From: Phyllosticta citribraziliensis
Taxonomy: Eukaryota
Direction of reading: 5' to 3'
Assembly (NCBI RefSeq): GCF_038025025.1
Contig: NW_027117344.1
Location: 1,426,001 to 1,490,000, forward strand
DNA length: 64,000 nucleotides
The notes beneath the pieces are model-generated. The model searched no databases and had not been told where the DNA came from. It saw only the letters and a list, made by a program, of their open reading frames with translations. Positions 61,615-64,000 of this stretch are shown in pieces (position 1 is the stretch's first letter; each line of letters opens with the position of its first letter). The position numbers and the translations under genes were made by a program.

Positions 61615-63618
61615 ATGCCTCTGTGTCTACATTGTCTAGGCGCCTGTTCATTCGATGTTCCCGACGGTGCTCCAACGACTAAGGAATGCATCGAACACCA
61701 TGCTGGCTTGGCTGCCCTGCGGCTTTCGGCTGCGTCTTGCGCTCTTTGTGGGATGATTCTGTCGCAGATCGAGACTCATGCATTTGACAAGGAGCGCTTC
61801 CAGGGAGATGAATTCTGGTCTCTGAAAATGGAACGGGAGACAACTTCTTCGGGCTATGCTCTCCTGCGGCCACTGGTATGGACACAGAGTCCTGATTCAG
61901 TCGCGTCACCACCTTCGCTTGTCGTCATTCGGAACAATTTTGAGTATATGCCATACCTGGAAAGGCCCATCTGGAAGAACGAGGCCCTTGAAAACCGTCT
62001 TTCGACAGCCAAAGCGTGGCTTCAAACTTGCATTGCAGGGCATGGCGATGGAGCGTGCCGCGTTTCCTTGACCGGAGCCCGTCCGACTCTCCCAGCACGT
62101 GTCTTGGACCTTGGTCCACCTGGCCACGACACATGGCCCAAGGTCTTCGAAACTTCTGGCATCATGTCGGATTATGCCACGTTGAGCTACTGTTGGGGAC
62201 AAGCATCGAAATTCGTGGCTTGCCGGTCAAACATTTCTTCACTCCACCAAGGAATCAATCCTTTGCTTCTTCCAAGAACTTTCCAAGATGCCATTTTGAC
62301 CGTCAGGGCTCTTGGACTGCGATATTTATGGATAGATGCGCTGTGTATTCTTCAAGACGACTCCTCAGATGTTCAAAGACAAGTTGCCAATATGGCATCT
62401 ATTTATCGAAAGGCATTGGTGACCATTGCGGTCGATGCCGCAAGCAGCGTAGACCAAGGCTTTTTTTCTACCGTGAGCCAGACTTTGTCTGTTGATTTGG
62501 AAGCAGGGTCGTCTTGCACAGTCGACGAAATTGGTTCCGTCAGGATTCGTCCAAGACCACGATATCAGCAGACGGTGCTTCAGTCTCCTCTTCGGACACG
62601 AGGCTGGACACTGCAGGAAGATCTACTCTCCATGCGCACACTACACTGTGCCGGAGACCAGATGTACTGGCAGTGTGGGCAACATATAACCTCAGAGGAT
62701 GGCATCATAGATCTCAGTCCCTACGATTCGTGGAAATGTCCCGCCAATTTGCCAGCCGAACTCGCCCTTGGAGACCACTACGGCAACAGTATTCGTGTGA
62801 CGTCCAGGAATCCCAATGCCTACCAGCGCTTTTGGAACCTCCCGACGTGGTACTTGATGGTTGCGGACTATAGTGCCCGGAGCCTGACCTATCCCAGCGA
62901 CAAACTGGCTGCCATTGCCGGCCTGACCAAGGTCTTTGAGCAATGGAACGGCACCGCGTCCGTCGCCGGCCTCTGGCTCGCAGACTTGCATTTTGGCCTT
63001 GCCTGGCGCGGCGATGCGTCCTCGTCGACACGAAGCCGGCGCACTACTGCTTCCATGCCATCGTGGTCCTGGGTCTCTTTTGACGGACCCGTAAGATACC
63101 TGGACACACGAGTCTTTCAAGATAGCAGGGAGCAAACCAGCAGGGAGTTTCAATTACTAGGTTCGCACATCGAATGGTCAGGGCAGCCGCTTAGCTCGAC
63201 AATCACCCGTGCAACGCTCAGCCTAGGTGCGAAGATACGACAGCTTCCTGTTCAAATTGATGATGTTGAACACCAAATGATTGTCATCACTCGAAACAGG
63301 ACTCTGCATTACGACGCAAAGAACAGCGACTCCAGTACACCTTTCCAGATCATCTCCTCCCTTGAAAGACCATCTGTCAAGATCTGCGCAGTTGCTGAGC
63401 TTGACCAGCCCATTCCTCCAGGCGCTCGTACCTTCTTCGCCCTTCTGCTCCATTCACCTGTGTCATGGAAACGGACAGACATGCCGACTACATCTGCATT
63501 TCTGCTCGTCGAGTCGACTGGCACGAAGCGCGAGTATCGGCGAGTTGGCATCGGCGAGGCAGCCACTGAGCTGTTTCTTTTTGAAGATGTCGGATGGCAG
63601 AATGTTGTCCTGGTTTGA
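61615..63618 (+). CDS. HET-domain (heterokaryon incompatibility, TIR-like) protein
   Basis: Intronless ORF with LPARVLDL, YATLSYCWG, LPRTFQDAI...LGLRYLWIDALCILQDD, MASIYRKA.VTI, RGWTLQE, YSARSLTYPSDKLAAIAG, PSWSW and YRRVGIG. Confidence 0.93.
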   Translation: MPLCLHCLGACSFDVPDGAPTTKECIEHHAGLAALRLSAASCALCGMILSQIETHAFDKERFQGDEFWSLKMERETTSSGYALLRPLVWTQSPDSVASPPSLVVIRNNFEYMPYLERPIWKNEALENRLSTAKAWLQTCIAGHGDGACRVSLTGARPTLPARVLDLGPPGHDTWPKVFETSGIMSDYATLSYCWGQASKFVACRSNISSLHQGINPLLLPRTFQDAILTVRALGLRYLWIDALCILQDDSSDVQRQVANMASIYRKALVTIAVDAASSVDQGFFSTVSQTLSVDLEAGSSCTVDEIGSVRIRPRPRYQQTVLQSPLRTRGWTLQEDLLSMRTLHCAGDQMYWQCGQHITSEDGIIDLSPYDSWKCPANLPAELALGDHYGNSIRVTSRNPNAYQRFWNLPTWYLMVADYSARSLTYPSDKLAAIAGLTKVFEQWNGTASVAGLWLADLHFGLAWRGDASSSTRSRRTTASMPSWSWVSFDGPVRYLDTRVFQDSREQTSREFQLLGSHIEWSGQPLSSTITRATLSLGAKIRQLPVQIDDVEHQMIVITRNRTLHYDAKNSDSSTPFQIISSLERPSVKICAVAELDQPIPPGARTFFALLLHSPVSWKRTDMPTTSAFLLVESTGTKREYRRVGIGEAATELFLFEDVGWQNVVLV

Positions 63619-64000
63619 GAGGTCCAAAAAGCGCAATAGTCGGCACACTGGGTCCTACGCAGTAACTGCCTGTGGTACCTCGGACGTTAGCGCCAGCCTG
63701 GGGGGTGTAGCCTGGATCACCGCACTCCGCGCTGTGGCTGAGCCTAGGGCTCAGGAGACGACAGAAATAGTAGGGTCAAAAAGTTGCAGCCAGCGCACGC
63801 ATCACGGGGCTATGTGCGGCGAATAGGCAGCTCCAGAGCTTGGAAAAGAGATAGGGGCTTGAACATCGACTTCGGGTTTAAGAATTGCTCCTTGCCATCT
63901 CTGTCATCGTAACTCACTCCCTCAGCACGTTGCAGAGCACACGAATCCACCGCCAGTCGTGACAATCGCCGCACTCGGCGCTGGTATACAGCCTGCTCCA

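Noticed and set aside
63699..63760. GGGGGTGTAGC start and nearby hairpin resembling a tRNA
   Set aside because: No GTTCRA T-loop and no complementary acceptor stem.

Overview
Eukaryotic DNA from a filamentous ascomycete (Pezizomycotina, possibly a Dothideomycete; inferred from short GT-AG introns with CTRAC-type branch points and from the gene families present). From left to right the window holds: the probable 3' end of a partial gene; about 7.7 kb with no convincing gene upstream of the GATA nitrogen regulator areA/nit-2; a GPI-anchored cupredoxin; a DHCR7-type sterol delta-7 reductase; a DUF202 membrane protein; a MARVEL-like membrane protein; a degenerate ~187-bp tandem array; BLOC-1 subunit CNL1; a secreted short tyrosinase; a PTH11-like membrane protein; and a GH78 rhamnosidase-like enzyme. 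Next comes an iron-regulated cluster containing a SidC/NPS1-type ferrichrome NRPS (A-T-C-A-T-C-A-T-C-T-C-T-C), a probable 70-aa microprotein, an AIF/AMID/FSP1-like oxidoreductase and a MirB-like siderophore transporter, marked by six perfect SreA (ATCWGATAA) sites. A HET-domain gene follows. The most interesting leads are the microprotein and FSP1-like enzyme inside the SreA-marked cluster, an atypical A1 specificity code in the NRPS, a distal GATA-site cluster plus TATA 5-8 kb upstream of areA, and the cryptic tandem array. Exon boundaries were read by eye and no searches were run.
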